A stretch of DNA of 64,000 nt from Octopus bimaculoides (GCF_001194135.2 NC_069005.1:7798026-7862025); one strand, 5' to 3'. Shown: positions 1 to 12,689, numbered from the stretch's first letter. Notes: a model not told the origin generated them from the sequence alone. A program made the numbers and translations.

Positions 1-2220
1 TACATTCTTCGATGCACCCCCTTCCCCCATTTATTCTGTTTTACTTATTTATTTTGCAAGACGGAAAAGTGTAAAATGAGTGAGAATTTGGCTGCTGTTT
101 CTATACAGTAGGTCTAGTGACTGCATACAGCAGTTTATCGATAAAAAAAAAGAAAGTATAACAAGCAGATGGGGAAATAATAGTTTAAAACAATGACTGT
201 TAGAAAACGAAATTAAATGTGAGAGACAGGCAGGCAGACAGACGAAGAGAGAGGGTGGGAACAAAACTAGGCAGGATGTAATTTATTCAACCGCCAAATC
301 TGACGAGAATCGAATACTACGGGTGGATCGCAAAACATTGAATGCTTATCGAATAGGATCCTTGATATTAAAGATAGCATGCAATTTTAAAAGGGGTTCG
401 GATATGGTCTCGGGCGCTTTTTATTTTTTTTTTTTTACCCCCTTCGTTCCGCGTGTTTAAAGTAGCCATGTTTATTGTTTATCAACAAAACCCGAAAGAG
501 GCTCATCTGCCGTTCACAAGAATCGGTTTCATTATGCCGTGTTGGAGCAACTGTCAACAGGATCGAAAGGTCCCTGTCCCTCCCCGCCAAACACCATCGA
601 TAGGTACGACCGAAAAAAAAAAACTTTGATGTTCGCAGAGGGAAAAAAATAGGAGATTGGAAAAACCCACGTTTAGATTACAACAAAAAAGAATAATCAT
701 ATATAGATATATATGTATGTGGGTATATGAAATGGAAAGTGAAAAGTGATTTGAATATAGGTCAAGGTCGCAGGTTAAAGTGACATAAACACTGTGCTTT
801 TTAGCTTGTCAGAGAAAATGAAAAGCTAAACAAAATTGAAAACTTGGCATATTCTAGAGATTTCTTTCTGGTTTTGATTTCTTTTTTTCTGCGTAGAAAG
901 GAATTTTTTTTCTTAGCTATTTCGTTCCAAGTATATACATATATAAATTAAAAATCTAGTATTTGGGGTACAGAGAACAAAATAATAACCTAATAATAAT
1001 TAAAATAATAATAGTAATTCCAAAAATATGAAAAAAAAAAATGGAAACGAAAGAAAAGCAGACAAAAATTCTTTGATGCCTAATGGATTCAAAACAAACC
1101 ATCAACCAACGAAACAGCCTCTTCTTTTCTACGCGAGCATTCGACATGCCAGAAATAGTAGCCAAATACCTCATACGCTACTTTTTTTTTTTTTTGCTTT
1201 TCTTTTAGAGGGGGTGGAGAAAACATATGGCAGATGTATCCTAAGATATCCCTAAAACCGAAATAGTCACGACTGCAATGCCACTGATCATAGGTCAGTT
1301 GGGGTCAAACAACGATAAATCACAAAAACTAGGAACACATATCGACAAAAAAAGAAAAAAAAGAAACTCAGTGAAAAAAAAAAACGGAGGATGAGAATGA
1401 TGATGAAAGCATGTTTAGATTAAGAACAGTTTTAATACTTTCATATTTTCCTAATTATCACACACACGACTCACACCGTCGTAAAAACTAAACTTATGAG
1501 CAAAATTACCTTAAAAAAAAAATTCACAGCAGATAATTTTTATCTTAAACTTAGTGCTTGAGGAAAACCAAATTTAAAAAATTAAATCAAAAAGAAAATA
1601 GGAAAAACATATACTGAGTTTGAGAAATTAAATATAACAAGCTTAAGCACTCGAACACGGATAGAGAGAACTACATTTCTACGAGTATGCCAGTATGGTA
1701 AAGCAGACGTAAAAACAAACGAATTCCATATGTGTGCGCGTGTGTGTATACATTTCAAAGGATCCGGCTCTTTGTCGCGTGAACGAATGCACGGCACAAA
1801 AGCAAAGAACTCATTGAGTTGCAACTAAACGAACCCACAGCTTCGAAAGAACAGAGTAAATAAAACTCACAAACTCTACTACACATATTAGGAGCTTTTC
1901 TTCTATTTTTGTCCATATACTCCGAACGAAATCTCCATGTCACACCACATACATGCGCGTTTATTTACATAGAAAAAGAGTACTCAATACGCGTAATACA
2001 ATTTATTCATTCAAGATCCTATGGGGATTCGTTCGTGACACAGCGCGACCAACAGAAGGAATAATAGCGACGTGGTGAATCTTTAGCATCTTATATGAGA
2101 GAGAGAAAGAGAGAGATCTGGCAGAGTGGCTAAATCGTCAGTTTAAATACATCTATGAAATCTACACCATATATTATTAATATCTTCGTTCATTTACAAA
2201 CTGTAACAAACACATTGTAT

Positions 2221-2231
2221 GTGTGTGTGTG

Positions 2232-2286
<55 letters not shown>
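2221..2286. repeat. Compound (GT)n/(TA)n microsatellite, representative of dozens in the window
   Basis: Directly visible dinucleotide runs. Confidence 0.95.
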
Positions 2287-4080
2287 CTGGCACATGTGTA
2301 TGTCTGTGTAGCAAAGCTTGTAAAAAAATAAAAATAAAAAACATGGTACGGAGCACAGTGGGAAGAATTATATCTCTTCCGGGATTCAGTTATAGAAGAT
2401 GGATGTGTGTAAAATATAAATGATAATTTCTAAACTAGACACACACACACACTTGCTCTTTAAGGGAGTAGGGTAGATTATCGATGATTTAATTTAAATC
2501 CCGCCTGTACCACCACCGCCACTACACTGTGTTTGTACTTCTAATTCATCAACGAACTCCTGAAATAAGCTTTGAGATGAAAGGTGAAGTTGATCCCGGG
2601 TGATTTCAATTTAAAAAAGGGTAAAGGGATGCAATTAAATGACGTAAAAAGGGTGTTTTGCTCAGTCCTCCACTGATATAATACCACAGAGCATCCTCAT
2701 TGAATAATAATAAATAATTTCTAAGCTAGGAACAAGGCCCCAGATTCTTTTTTAGGATAGGGATAGAGTGGATGAAGTTGATTATATCGGGTCGCCAACA
2801 CTCGACTGGTACTTTATTTTAACGACTCCCGTGGAAAAGATGCAAGGCAAAGTTTTCAACTCTGACAGTATTTGAATGGATATTATATTACTAATAGTTA
2901 TAAATAATGATTTTATATAATATTGGTATATAAAACTATAGAAATTCGAGTCGATTTATTTTATTGCTCCCCAAACTTATCTAAAAAGATATTAAAACCT
3001 GGGCGGGATTCGAAGATGTAAATAACACAAATAATATTTCAAACATTGTTTTGGTGGAGGAATGAAATATTTAGTCGATTAAAACGACCCCTTCTCTCTC
3101 TTTGATACTCGTCTGGTACTCTATTTTACCACCCATCTCTTGAAAACATTTTAAAATATGCAAAACTGAACTAGAACGGATTGAAACGGGAAAGATCTAA
3201 ATAAGGATCATGAATAGTTCAAACACAAGAATTTTTGTTGTTTTTTTTTTGTTTTTTTGTTTTTCACGGGATGAGGTGTATTGTGATTTAAATCAGGGTT
3301 TAGACCCTCGCAGTATTCGATAATGTACTTTATTTGATCGATTCTCTGAGCTGGGAACGTTGAAAAGTCAGAATCTAGCCTAACCGAGCGCGATTGGAAT
3401 GGAAAGATGTAAATAACACAACTGCCATGTGTCCGCCATTTTTGTTTACAACATGTCAAAAAAGAAGACGAAGAGGAACAGCAGCGGCAGCAGAGCACCA
3501 GCTACACCAACAGATCGCTGAAGAGAACCAACGAAACACAGAGAGACAGAAATGGTCACTGAACATATAAATATACGTGTAATGTGTGTATCATAAATGG
3601 CTAAACAGGATTAATTACAAATTCTGAAGCACACACATACATACATACAGACACACACACACGCAAATAATAACAACAGATCGTTGAAGTGACCAGAGTT
3701 AGCGAGAGACAGGCATAGAGAAACTATGTAGCTTGTACAAGATATATATGCATTTGTGTGTATAATAAACGGTTAATCGGAGTGAATTACAAGTTGATGG
3801 AAACATAGGAACGCACAAATAATAACAAAACAAAACAAGTGCTCTTAGAGAAGTCATTAGTGAAGGATTACAAGTTAAATACCCGTATGGCAGATTTCCC
3901 ACCAAAATTTGAATGACCGAAAAGATTCTAATTAGTTAGTTGGTATCTGTGTGTATTCGTGTGTCTCGGCCTGTCTTTGTGTATGTTTTTAGGTTTGTAT
4001 GTGTGTTCTGAGCTGTGTGTGACTTGGATTTTGTAACGAGCAGCTGGTGAATGGATATTTTATGTCGGAGGGGTACTTAC

Positions 4081-4290
4081 TCTTCTCCGTCTGGACAATG
4101 GCCCGAGGCCTCGTCATATTTATTACAATAGTTGTCTGGACTATAGTTAAAAGAACCGTCCCGCCGGCGGATGGGCCGGCGCCGCCGTTGATTCATGAAA
4201 TGCCAGTTGAAACAAGTAAACGGCCGATGTTGGGTGCATTTATGTTGAAGAAACAGTGGGCATTGTTGTGTTCGGAACTCTTTTAGATAC
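4081..4290 (-). CDS. UNK: Unkempt coding exon 2 (YLKEFRTQQCPLFLQHKCTQHRPFTCFNWHFMNQRRRRPIRRRDGSFNYSPDNYCNKYDEASGHCPDGE); the gene continues left of the window
   Basis: Closely matches UNK/UNKL ZnF1-ZnF2 as I recall them (human UNK YLKEFRTEQCPLFVQHKCTQHRPYTCFHWHF). Acceptor ttttcAG at 4292-4291, donor GA|GTAAGT at 4080. Exon 3 was not found in 1-4080. Confidence 0.96.
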
Positions 4291-4403
4291 CTGAAAAACG
4301 CCAAACGGAAACAGCGTTAACGAAGCAAATAAACGAATCTAGCACCATTGTGCCACTGAATTTCCAAAGTGTATTACGAATACTGGATTGAAAGCCGACT
4401 TAC

Positions 4404-4459
4404 GCATAATGTTGGGGTTTCTCCGTCTGTGCTGGGAGTACCGGAGCTTCCGACGGCAT
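4404..4459 (-). CDS. UNK: Unkempt-family CCCH zinc-finger RNA-binding protein, coding exon 1 (MPSEAPVLPAQTEKPQHY+GC)
   Basis: ATG at 4459-4457; the EKPQHY motif matches the Unkempt N-terminus; donor GC|GTAAGT at 4403; phase 2 joins exon 2 across a 113-bp intron. Confidence 0.92.
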
Positions 4460-4484
4460 ATTGTTGTCATTACTAGTCGTCTGC

Positions 4485-4560
4485 GCATTTCTTTCGCGCA
4501 TAATGGGAAATGCCGAGAAAACGATTGGTTGAAAGAGTCACGTGACACGGGTTTCCCGGA
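4485..4560 (-). promoter_or_regulatory. CpG-rich proximal promoter/5' region of UNK
   Basis: Directly upstream of the ATG: TTTCGCGC (E2F-like, 4492-4499), ATTGG/CCAAT (~4524-4528) and the perfect palindrome GTCACGTGAC (4537-4546). Confidence 0.6.
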
Positions 4561-5439
4561 CTGCTTTGGTGTGCCATGAACACAAACGATTCATAAATAA
4601 AAAGAGAATTAAAACATTTTTTTTTTGGAGTATCAACCAAAATAAAATCGCCACGGTAGCCACTAATTTCGTCTCTAATTTATTCCACGATAATTAAATG
4701 CATTCGAGTTAAGCAATTTTTCCATATATGAAGCACAGTCGATGACAGAATTAGTTCAGATTCCACGCAATTTTTTTCTTATCCAAGACAAGAGAAGCTG
4801 AATATAGCAGAAAGATCTTAGTTAAAATGTATAGTGTCGTAGAATTAAAAGTGTCTTTCTTTCTTCGCCGAGAGAGAGAGAAAAGCGAGGGTTGGGGAGT
4901 GAAAAGAAGGAGACTGATTTTTTACAATCCTGAAAACGAATAGCAATACATATTTGGTCAAACTAAGAGGTTGAAAAAGGGTAAATGTTTCCCGCCTGTG
5001 ACAGTCCACAAGCTTATCAATGCGTGGTGCTGTAGTCTCCACGATAACCAATTGATTAATAATAATGATAATGTTCTCTTCATAATAATAACAATAATAA
5101 TGCCTCTGTTATCCCAAATTGGGGTTGTTTTACACATATCTTGATCAATAGGCATATTTGAAAAAAACTTCACCTCGTCACTTGATAATTACTTTCCTTT
5201 TTTAACTACATATTTGACGCATCATTTTATATAATGTTGAAATAATTTTCTTTCGGTTTTATATTTATATATATACATATATATGCGTAAATATTTTTTA
5301 AGTATATATATATATATATCAGCTGATTATCTTATTAGCTGAGTAGTTTGCTAAAAGAAAAACAAGGAAAGGCATTCTTAATTTCCTTACTTTACCGGAC
5401 TGACATCAATTCTCTGTTAGCTGTGCCAACACAAGAAAT

Positions 5440-5464
5440 AAATCTCTCTCTCTCTCTCTCTCCA

Positions 5465-5496
<32 letters not shown>

Positions 5497-5770
5497 ACTC
5501 ATTCATACTCATTCTCTCTTTCTTTCATTCATTCACGTTCATTCTCTATTTCAATCATTCAGGTTCATTCTCTCTCTCTCTCTCTCCTTTCCTTCCTTTC
5601 TTCCTTCTTTCCTTCCTTCCTTCCTTCCTTCTTGCTTTCCTTATCTTCCTCTTTCTCTCACGCATTCTCACTCTCCATCCTTCTCTCTCTTCTTCTTTCT
5701 CTCACTCCTTCATGCTCAATCTCTGTCTCACACCCTCTCTCTTTCTTTTCTTCCTTTCCTCCCAGTGTTC
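5440..5770. repeat. Polypyrimidine (CT)n/(CCTT)n low-complexity tract
   Basis: About 330 bp, mostly C/T on the plus strand; it explains the spurious Ser/Leu ORF at 5348-5884. Confidence 0.9.
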
Positions 5771-7499
5771 TGGAATGTCTACGCAGCTGTTTTTACCCAA
5801 ACTCACAAACTGTTAAATCTTTACCCAAACTCTTTACCCAAAATCTTTACCCAAACTCACAAACTGTTAAAATCTTTACTTTAGAAAAAAAACTCAAGTT
5901 ATCACAGTTTAAATACAAGGAATTGTGATGATACATGAAAGATAATAACATAACATAAAAACAAATATTCTTCCCCATCATTAATAAAAGCAACCAGAGA
6001 GAAAGTCTGCTCGTTTATGTGAATGTTTTGCTTTGCTTTCTATAACCATTTTATTCGAATTAAGACTGTAGGAAGATGATTAAATTATATTTATTTGCTC
6101 GTTCAAACTCCAAGCTTCCGGGCCTTACCAATAAACTAGACATATTTAAACTTTGCTTACATTTGCTATTTTAAGTCTACTTAAATATTCTTTACTTTCG
6201 AAAACTTTCTTCTGCCCCCGAATAATTAAACATTTTCTTTTGTAACGCAAGTTTTCATTTTATTATCACAATGCTCTAACATTCTTCGATTGTATTTTTC
6301 TTTGTAAAGAAATATTTGCGTGGAAAATATGGTGAGTGAAATAATTTTGATTTCATTTTAATACAAAAACAAATTGACTCTAGAGCCCCCAGATATAAAG
6401 AAGGAATCTGAAAGAATACTAGTTTTCCATTTTCTTCTGTAAGTTTGTTATGCACGAACGTAAGAGCCATTCTCCCTACCACCTTACAAAAAATCTAGCA
6501 GGTAATCAGGCCACGGCACCAGGCACTATACAAGTCTTGAGACTGATACTGCTTTCCAACTGTCATCAAATGTAAATACGTTAGTACAAATGTTTATATG
6601 CTTTTGTATATGTTTGAACATAAATGTATTTTATTCCATATGTGTGTGTGTGTTAGTACAAATGTGTATATGTTAGTTTTTCGATTGTGTTAGTTTTATT
6701 TATTTTTTTAATTTTAAACTGTTTAATCTGTTGGCTGTGCATACGGATTTAGATGGATATACAAATATTCCTATATAAAATGTGTCTGTGTGCATATCAT
6801 CATCAGTAGCAGTAGCATTTAACGTCCGTTTCCCATGGACAGTTCAGCATGAGCTGGCAAAAGGCAGAGAACTGCACCAAATTCCAAAGCTTGCATAAGC
6901 TTGGTTTCTATGGCTGGATGCCCTTCCTAACACCAATCACTTTATAGAGTATACTGCGTGCTTTTTACATGGCACCAGCTCATGTGAGGTCACCAAATAA
7001 CTCACAAACTAAGACACCCCTCAACTGACGGGAAAGGGTTATTAAGGGAAGTGGCTTTATGCCAGGTGATGAGAATTTAAAGTATGTCAGATGGACAGAA
7101 ACAGGTGTCTTGCTATTGAGAGATTACCTTAGTTGGAAAAAAAAATGTTGATGGTGAAAGATGTACCAGGGCTCACCCTCAGGTTACAGAAAAATGAATA
7201 TAGGGGAAATGGCATGGATGGGTAAGTTCATAGGAGTGTGAGGGAGAGAGTAGATTGATAGAGACAGAGATAGAAAGAAATGCAGAAATTGGTGAATATA
7301 GTGAGACACACTCAATGGCCAATCATGAACATCAGTTAGAGGGGTTACATAATAGAGTGGCTTTCATATTAAATAGGCAAAAACACTGTCCTGCTAGCTG
7401 GAATCTTTTCAATCTAAACTGCAGTATCCCCAAACACTTTCCATTTTCTTTATCTAAAATTCTTTGTTGTATAGGTACAGTTTTGTAACTCTAAGTTAG

Positions 7500-7625
7500 A
7501 TGTAGTGTGCAAGAGAGAAAACTGTGCTGGTTTGGTCATGTGATGCAGATGGATGTCAACAGCTCTATAAAAACATGCTGATCACTCAAAGTGGATGGAA
7601 CTCATAGAAGAGGAAGACATGGGAC
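7500..7625 (+). mobile_element. RTE-type LINE 3' fragment (decayed)
   Basis: Translates to VQERKLCWFGHVMQMDVNSSIK..., homologous to the better-preserved RTE end at 38687-38885. Confidence 0.7.
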
Positions 7626-7636
7626 AAAGTATTGAA

Positions 7637-7790
7637 AGACAACCTCACAAACTTCCTGAGTCTAAATGCACACAAAGAGTGAATGTCTGCTCTTCTTTGC
7701 TGTCACGTTTCATGAATGAACCTTTTTTGGACCGAATAGTAACTGGTGACGAGAACTGGGTTCTCTATAAAAATGTCAAACACCGAAGTC
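7637..7790 (+). mobile_element. Mariner transposase fragment, same family as 29197-30390
   Basis: PHKLPES...QRVNVCSSLL...NEPFLDRIVTGDENWVLYKNVK; close DNA match to ~29725-29865. Confidence 0.85.
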
Positions 7791-8879
7791 AACCTCTGCA
7801 GAATTTGAACTCAAAATGTAAAGATGAATGAAATGCCACAAAGCATTTTGCCTGGTATGCTAACAACTCTGCCAGATAATGCTTAGATATTGGTGTCTAG
7901 TTTTGGGGAGGCTCTGCGGCATATAATATATATATATATATATATATATTCGGAAAGGATTGATGGGCTATGCTTTCGCGGTCCGTATTCATACTGAAAA
8001 TTGAGATCGAGTGAACTTTTGCTCGACATGTGGTTTCCGTCCACGCTGAGCTCGCCTTGGGACATATATATATAATCAAAATAAGCAACAAGGATATCTA
8101 AAGGTGGCTCTCATATTTGGATATTCTTGTTGCTTATTTTGATTTTAATCACCTTATTTTGAAACTGTATGGATAATACCATACTAAATTCTGGTGCTTA
8201 AACTTAATTACCATATTCACCTGAATCTAAATTTTATATATATATATATGTGTGTGTATGTAACTATATGTGAACTGTTGGTGATTTTTTCCTCCCTCTT
8301 CCTTTTCTTTTGGACTTTCCTATGTCTCCTGTTTCCAAAGATGAACAATGCATGAAGTTTTAAGGAAATATTTATTTTTGCCCGTTACATTATACAATTC
8401 CTTACCTTGACAGGCAGGTGATAAAATTGTAAAGATAGATGTAGATTTTTCTTGCATAGTTTGTGTTCTCATCATTGTTTAGTAGTAATTGCAGAGAGAG
8501 ATAGAGTGATGTTGTAAGAGAACAGAATTAGAGCTAGTGAGAGTGTGAGAGGAAACAACTGCTTTGTTGGAGAGATACCATAGTTGTTCTAGCTGGTCAG
8601 CCAGACTCCGTTCTCCCTGAGTTGTCACCAAAGTGACTAACTCATTGAGTTGTCACCAAGTGACCACTGATTTTTGCTTGGGGGTTCTTGCTTTTATAAC
8701 TATCCACAAGGATAGACATATCATTGAGAACAATAGATTTAGTTGTTGGTCTTGTTATCTTAATTCTAGCTTTTGGTGAAATAGAAGAGGTTAGAAAGAG
8801 TCAAGTGGTGAAGACATTATTTTGGCCTAGCTAAGGCAATCTGGCAAATGTAAAACTGCTGTCACAGAAAAACTATTGT

Positions 8880-9835
8880 TTTACCATGAGAAAAGTTCTG
8901 TTGAACTGTTAATTTAAATTTGGCTATGGTGGATTGAATCTACTTCATGCTTGCAAGATTCACTACATCACTCCCCTCACCAACAGTCTGGCCACTGACA
9001 TGAAGATTGAACAAGCTTGAGAGATGGTTCCAGTGAATCAATAAGTGACCCATCTCTGAAAATTCGTCATGATTCTGCATACAAAATCAGTCATGACAAG
9101 CTTCACTTTTGATAAGTGCAAGATAGGTGCCAAGAGAATTTAACAAAATTCAGAGGAACATTCATGTGAAGATCTGACACACTTATCCAGCTACTTCAAT
9201 GATGAAGGTGAAGCTTTTTTTGGAAAGAATAGTCACAGATGAAACCTGGCTCACTTTGAGCCAGAAGATAGAGTATAGAGTGGAAGCACTTGGAATCACC
9301 AATAAGAAAGATTCAACCTTCCATGGAAAAAGTGATGCTCACCATTATTTGGGATGCAAAAAAGCCAACACTGGAACATTACCTTGAAAAGGAGCCTACA
9401 GTTACTAGTGTAGGCTATAGTGAAATGCTGGCACCAAATGCCAAGGTCTGTTGTTAAAGCAAGTATTATTGTCATACAACAATGCATGCCCACATGTAGC
9501 TGGCAATAAATGAAAAATTGGGTTTTGAGTTGCTGGGACACTCTCCATACAGTCCAAGTTGCACCCCTTCCAAATATCACTTCTTTGGATCATTCAAACA
9601 TCCTTTACAAGATTGTCAATAGGCTATGGATGAAGTACAAGAAGCGGTGCATAAATGGCTGCATGACCAGCTGAAAAACCTTCTCCAATGGAATAAGCAA
9701 GCTTGTGGACTGCTGGAAAGAGTTGCATTGAAAAGCAAGGAGACTATTGAAAAATGGTGTAATTGTTCAACCCCTTTTGTTTTAATGAATTACAAAAACA
9801 AGAGTGTATATGATTTTTTTTATTCACCCTTGAAT
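8880..9835 (+). mobile_element. Decayed mariner element (second subfamily), frameshifted transposase
   Basis: FLERIVT(G)DETW, then remnants of GKVMLTIFWD, HDNARPH and YSPDLAPSD, and a DEVQEAVHKWLHDQ C-terminus across several frames. Confidence 0.8.
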
Positions 9836-10199
9836 TATATGTATATAGATATATATATATACACATACATCTTGGAGTTATACTAAGTTGTTGACACTGA
9901 AACAATTACATCATAGAAGAGGCATTTTAATCATTGAAGAACAGACAAAAGCCATTACATTCACTTGTTTCTTAATGCTATTTACTATGAGGTGTCAAAA
10001 GTAACGTTGGATATCTGCAGCTTAGTCACAGACTTAATGCTGCTGTATTTGTTAAAAAGACACACACAAATGCAAACACATGTGTGTATGTACACGTATA
10101 CATACACACACACGCATGCTTACATACATGCATATCCATGTATACATGTATGTAGCTCCATTTTCACAGATAATTGTCATCTCCTTGTTCTTCCTCATC

Positions 10200-10750
10200 A
10201 GTATTTCTGACTTTACCCCCATGACCTCTCAGATGAATATTCAGTTCCATTGCACATCTATACAATTTGGAGCATAGGTGACAGGCAAAAACTATAACTT
10301 CCTGTGTGCTTCCAACTAGAGAGGTCTGCACACTTCACTCTCTTCTATCACCAGCATTCTTTTGACCCATCAGTCTCAATATGTTCACCTTTGTCGGTCA
10401 GTGTTGCCTTTTTTGTCATGCCCCATAGGAAGATAATATCTGGAAGACATTCTCTTGTAGTTGGAAATGATGTAGTAGATGTCTTCAGTCTTAATCTTGC
10501 ACAACCTACACTTGTTGTCTATTAATGTTTTCTGCTTTTTATGCTGCAGGAACTTGGTGGGGATCTATTGTTTTTGGATTACGTGTATGTAGCCATCAAA
10601 GCCTTATGTCATAAACTTGTCAGCACTCCATATCAAGCCTTTGACATCCTTAATCTCTTCTATAGTTTCTGCTTTATATACCAAGTACACATATACTTTC
10701 TTATCAATGAACTGCTCCATTTTTTATTCTGTTGTTCTTATGAATAGATT
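10200..10750 (-). mobile_element. Decayed non-LTR retrotransposon C-terminal fragment (R4/Dong-like zinc-knuckle region)
   Basis: Minus strand reads GYIHVIQKQ*IPTKFLQHK...DNKCRLCKIKTEDIYYIISNYKRM...Y, resembling the IQDQ...KCRLC...E.I.HI...C motif of restriction-like-endonuclease LINEs. Confidence 0.6.
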
Positions 10751-10817
10751 TTACCAATGCTCCTTAGTAGGGAGATTTGTATTAGCTCTTATTTCATACT
10801 TTTCCTCGTGTGTATGT

Positions 10818-11150
10818 GAAGGTGCATGGCTCAGTGGTTAGAGCGTCGAACTTACGATCGTGAGGTTGTGAGCTTGAATCCTGGACCGGGCTGCGTGTTG
10901 TGTTCTTGAGCAAGACACTTTATTTCACGTTGCTCCAGTTCACTCAGCTGTAGAAATGAGTTGCAGCATCATTGGTGCCAAGCTGTATCGGCCTTTGCCT
11001 TCTTCCTTGGATAACATCCATGGTGTGGAGAGGGGAGGCTGGTATGCATGGGTGACTGCTGGTCTTCCACAAACAACCTTTCCCGGACTTGTGCCTCAGA
11101 GGGTAACTTTCTAGGTGCAATCCCATGGTCATTCATGACCGAAGGGGGTC
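10818..11150 (+). mobile_element. tRNA-derived SINE family A; other copies 53956-54250(-), 61102-61390(-), 56867-57100(+, partial), 12490-12612(-, partial)
   Basis: A box TGGCTCAGTGG, B-box-like TTGAATCC, a conserved body (CTTGAGCAAGACACTT...CAGCTGTAGAAATGAG) and a shared GACCGAAGGGGGTC end across copies. Confidence 0.85.
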
Positions 11151-11229
11151 TATGTGTGTGTGTGTGTGTATGTATGTACACATGACTATATGGATAGATG
11201 TAATTTCTATACATGTATGTATGTGTATA

Positions 11230-11279
<50 letters not shown>

Positions 11280-12689
11280 GCTATTTGTGTTATTACATGC
11301 GTACATATGTATGTATGTGTGTGTGTATGTAATAACACAAATAACTGAATTTCTATATTTCAAAGTAGCTATTTGCTGTTATAGATAGTTTTGTACACTT
11401 TTACTGTTAACAATTTTGCCAGTAGAACTTTTAGTAAATGTAACTGGTTTGTCTCCAGAAGCTATTTTTTCAACAGCTTAATTCCCTAATAGTTGCAATC
11501 TTTGATACAGAACATAAAAGTATGACTTGAAATTTTCAATGTGCTACCCTCATCTCCTGAGGATTCGCACATTTATTAAACAGTGGCAGTTTGACTTTGC
11601 AGAGTGTAAAACTTTGTGGATGGATGATGGTTTTGCAATTTCTTGCTAAACAAATTGCACAGAAGATTTGTTTATAGTGATCAAAATATTTGTTATAGAC
11701 ATTATCTTATTCCCTCCATCAAATCAACATTGCCTGTACAGGTGCATGGTGTGCCATAAATCAGCTGTCAAAGTGACTGCAGATGAATGTGAGATGAAGG
11801 GTTTTGTTCAAGAACACAATGCACTGCATGGTCTGGGAATTGAAACCATGATTTTATAATCATGAGTGCAACACTCTAACCACTAGGCCACATGCTTTCA
11901 CATTAATACATTAATCTCTATTCTTGTAAGCAGTTGTATGTATGTAGTGTAAACAATATTATAGTCTTATCAAAAGTGTAAGAATGAAAGTGAAACAGTA
12001 TTATACCACTGAAAAAGAAATTGGAAGTCAAAAGTGAAACAATAAAGAATTAAAGTGAAACAATTTTATAGTGTTATTAAAATTGAAAGAATAAAAGTGG
12101 AACGATATTATAAAGCTATGGTTTTGTTAGAAACTGCAAGAAGCCTGTCATATGTATATATAAATATATATATACACACACACATATATGTATATATATT
12201 GCATATCAGCAAAAGAGACTGTTAGAATAAGTATTAGGCTTAAAAAAATAAGTTCTGGGATCGATTTGTTTGACAAAAACCCTTCAAGGTGGTGCTCCAG
12301 TATAGCCACAGTCAAATGACTGAAACAAGTAAAAGAATAAATATAGATGTGTGTGTGTGTGATGTCATCAACCGCACTATCAGATGTTATACATCACTGG
12401 TCATAATGTGCTTTGCACTGTTTTAGCCATCCCACTAGCTAAGAATCCTCTCTTGTTGGAAAGCTAGTCTGTCACAGGGTCACCCATTTACAGCTAAACA
12501 GGCAGGAGCAATGTGAAATTTAAGTGTTTTGCTGAAGAACACAATTCATGCTCAGTTTGAGATTTGAACCCACAATCACAAGATCATGAGTGCAACACTC
12601 TAACCACTAGGCTATCTACCTTCACATATATTTATATATATGAATGTATGTGTGTCATTAACATTCTCGTCATCATTTAACGTTGGCTC

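Noticed and set aside
295-345. CTGACGA in UNK intron 2
   Set aside because: No correctly placed GAAA or stems.
5348-5928. 178-aa and 98-aa ORFs
   Set aside because: They are translations of the CT/CCTT low-complexity tract, with no splice or homology support.
10818-10895. tRNA-like A/B boxes here and at other SINE heads
   Set aside because: They continue into SINE bodies and do not form a convincing cloverleaf, so they are not tRNA genes.
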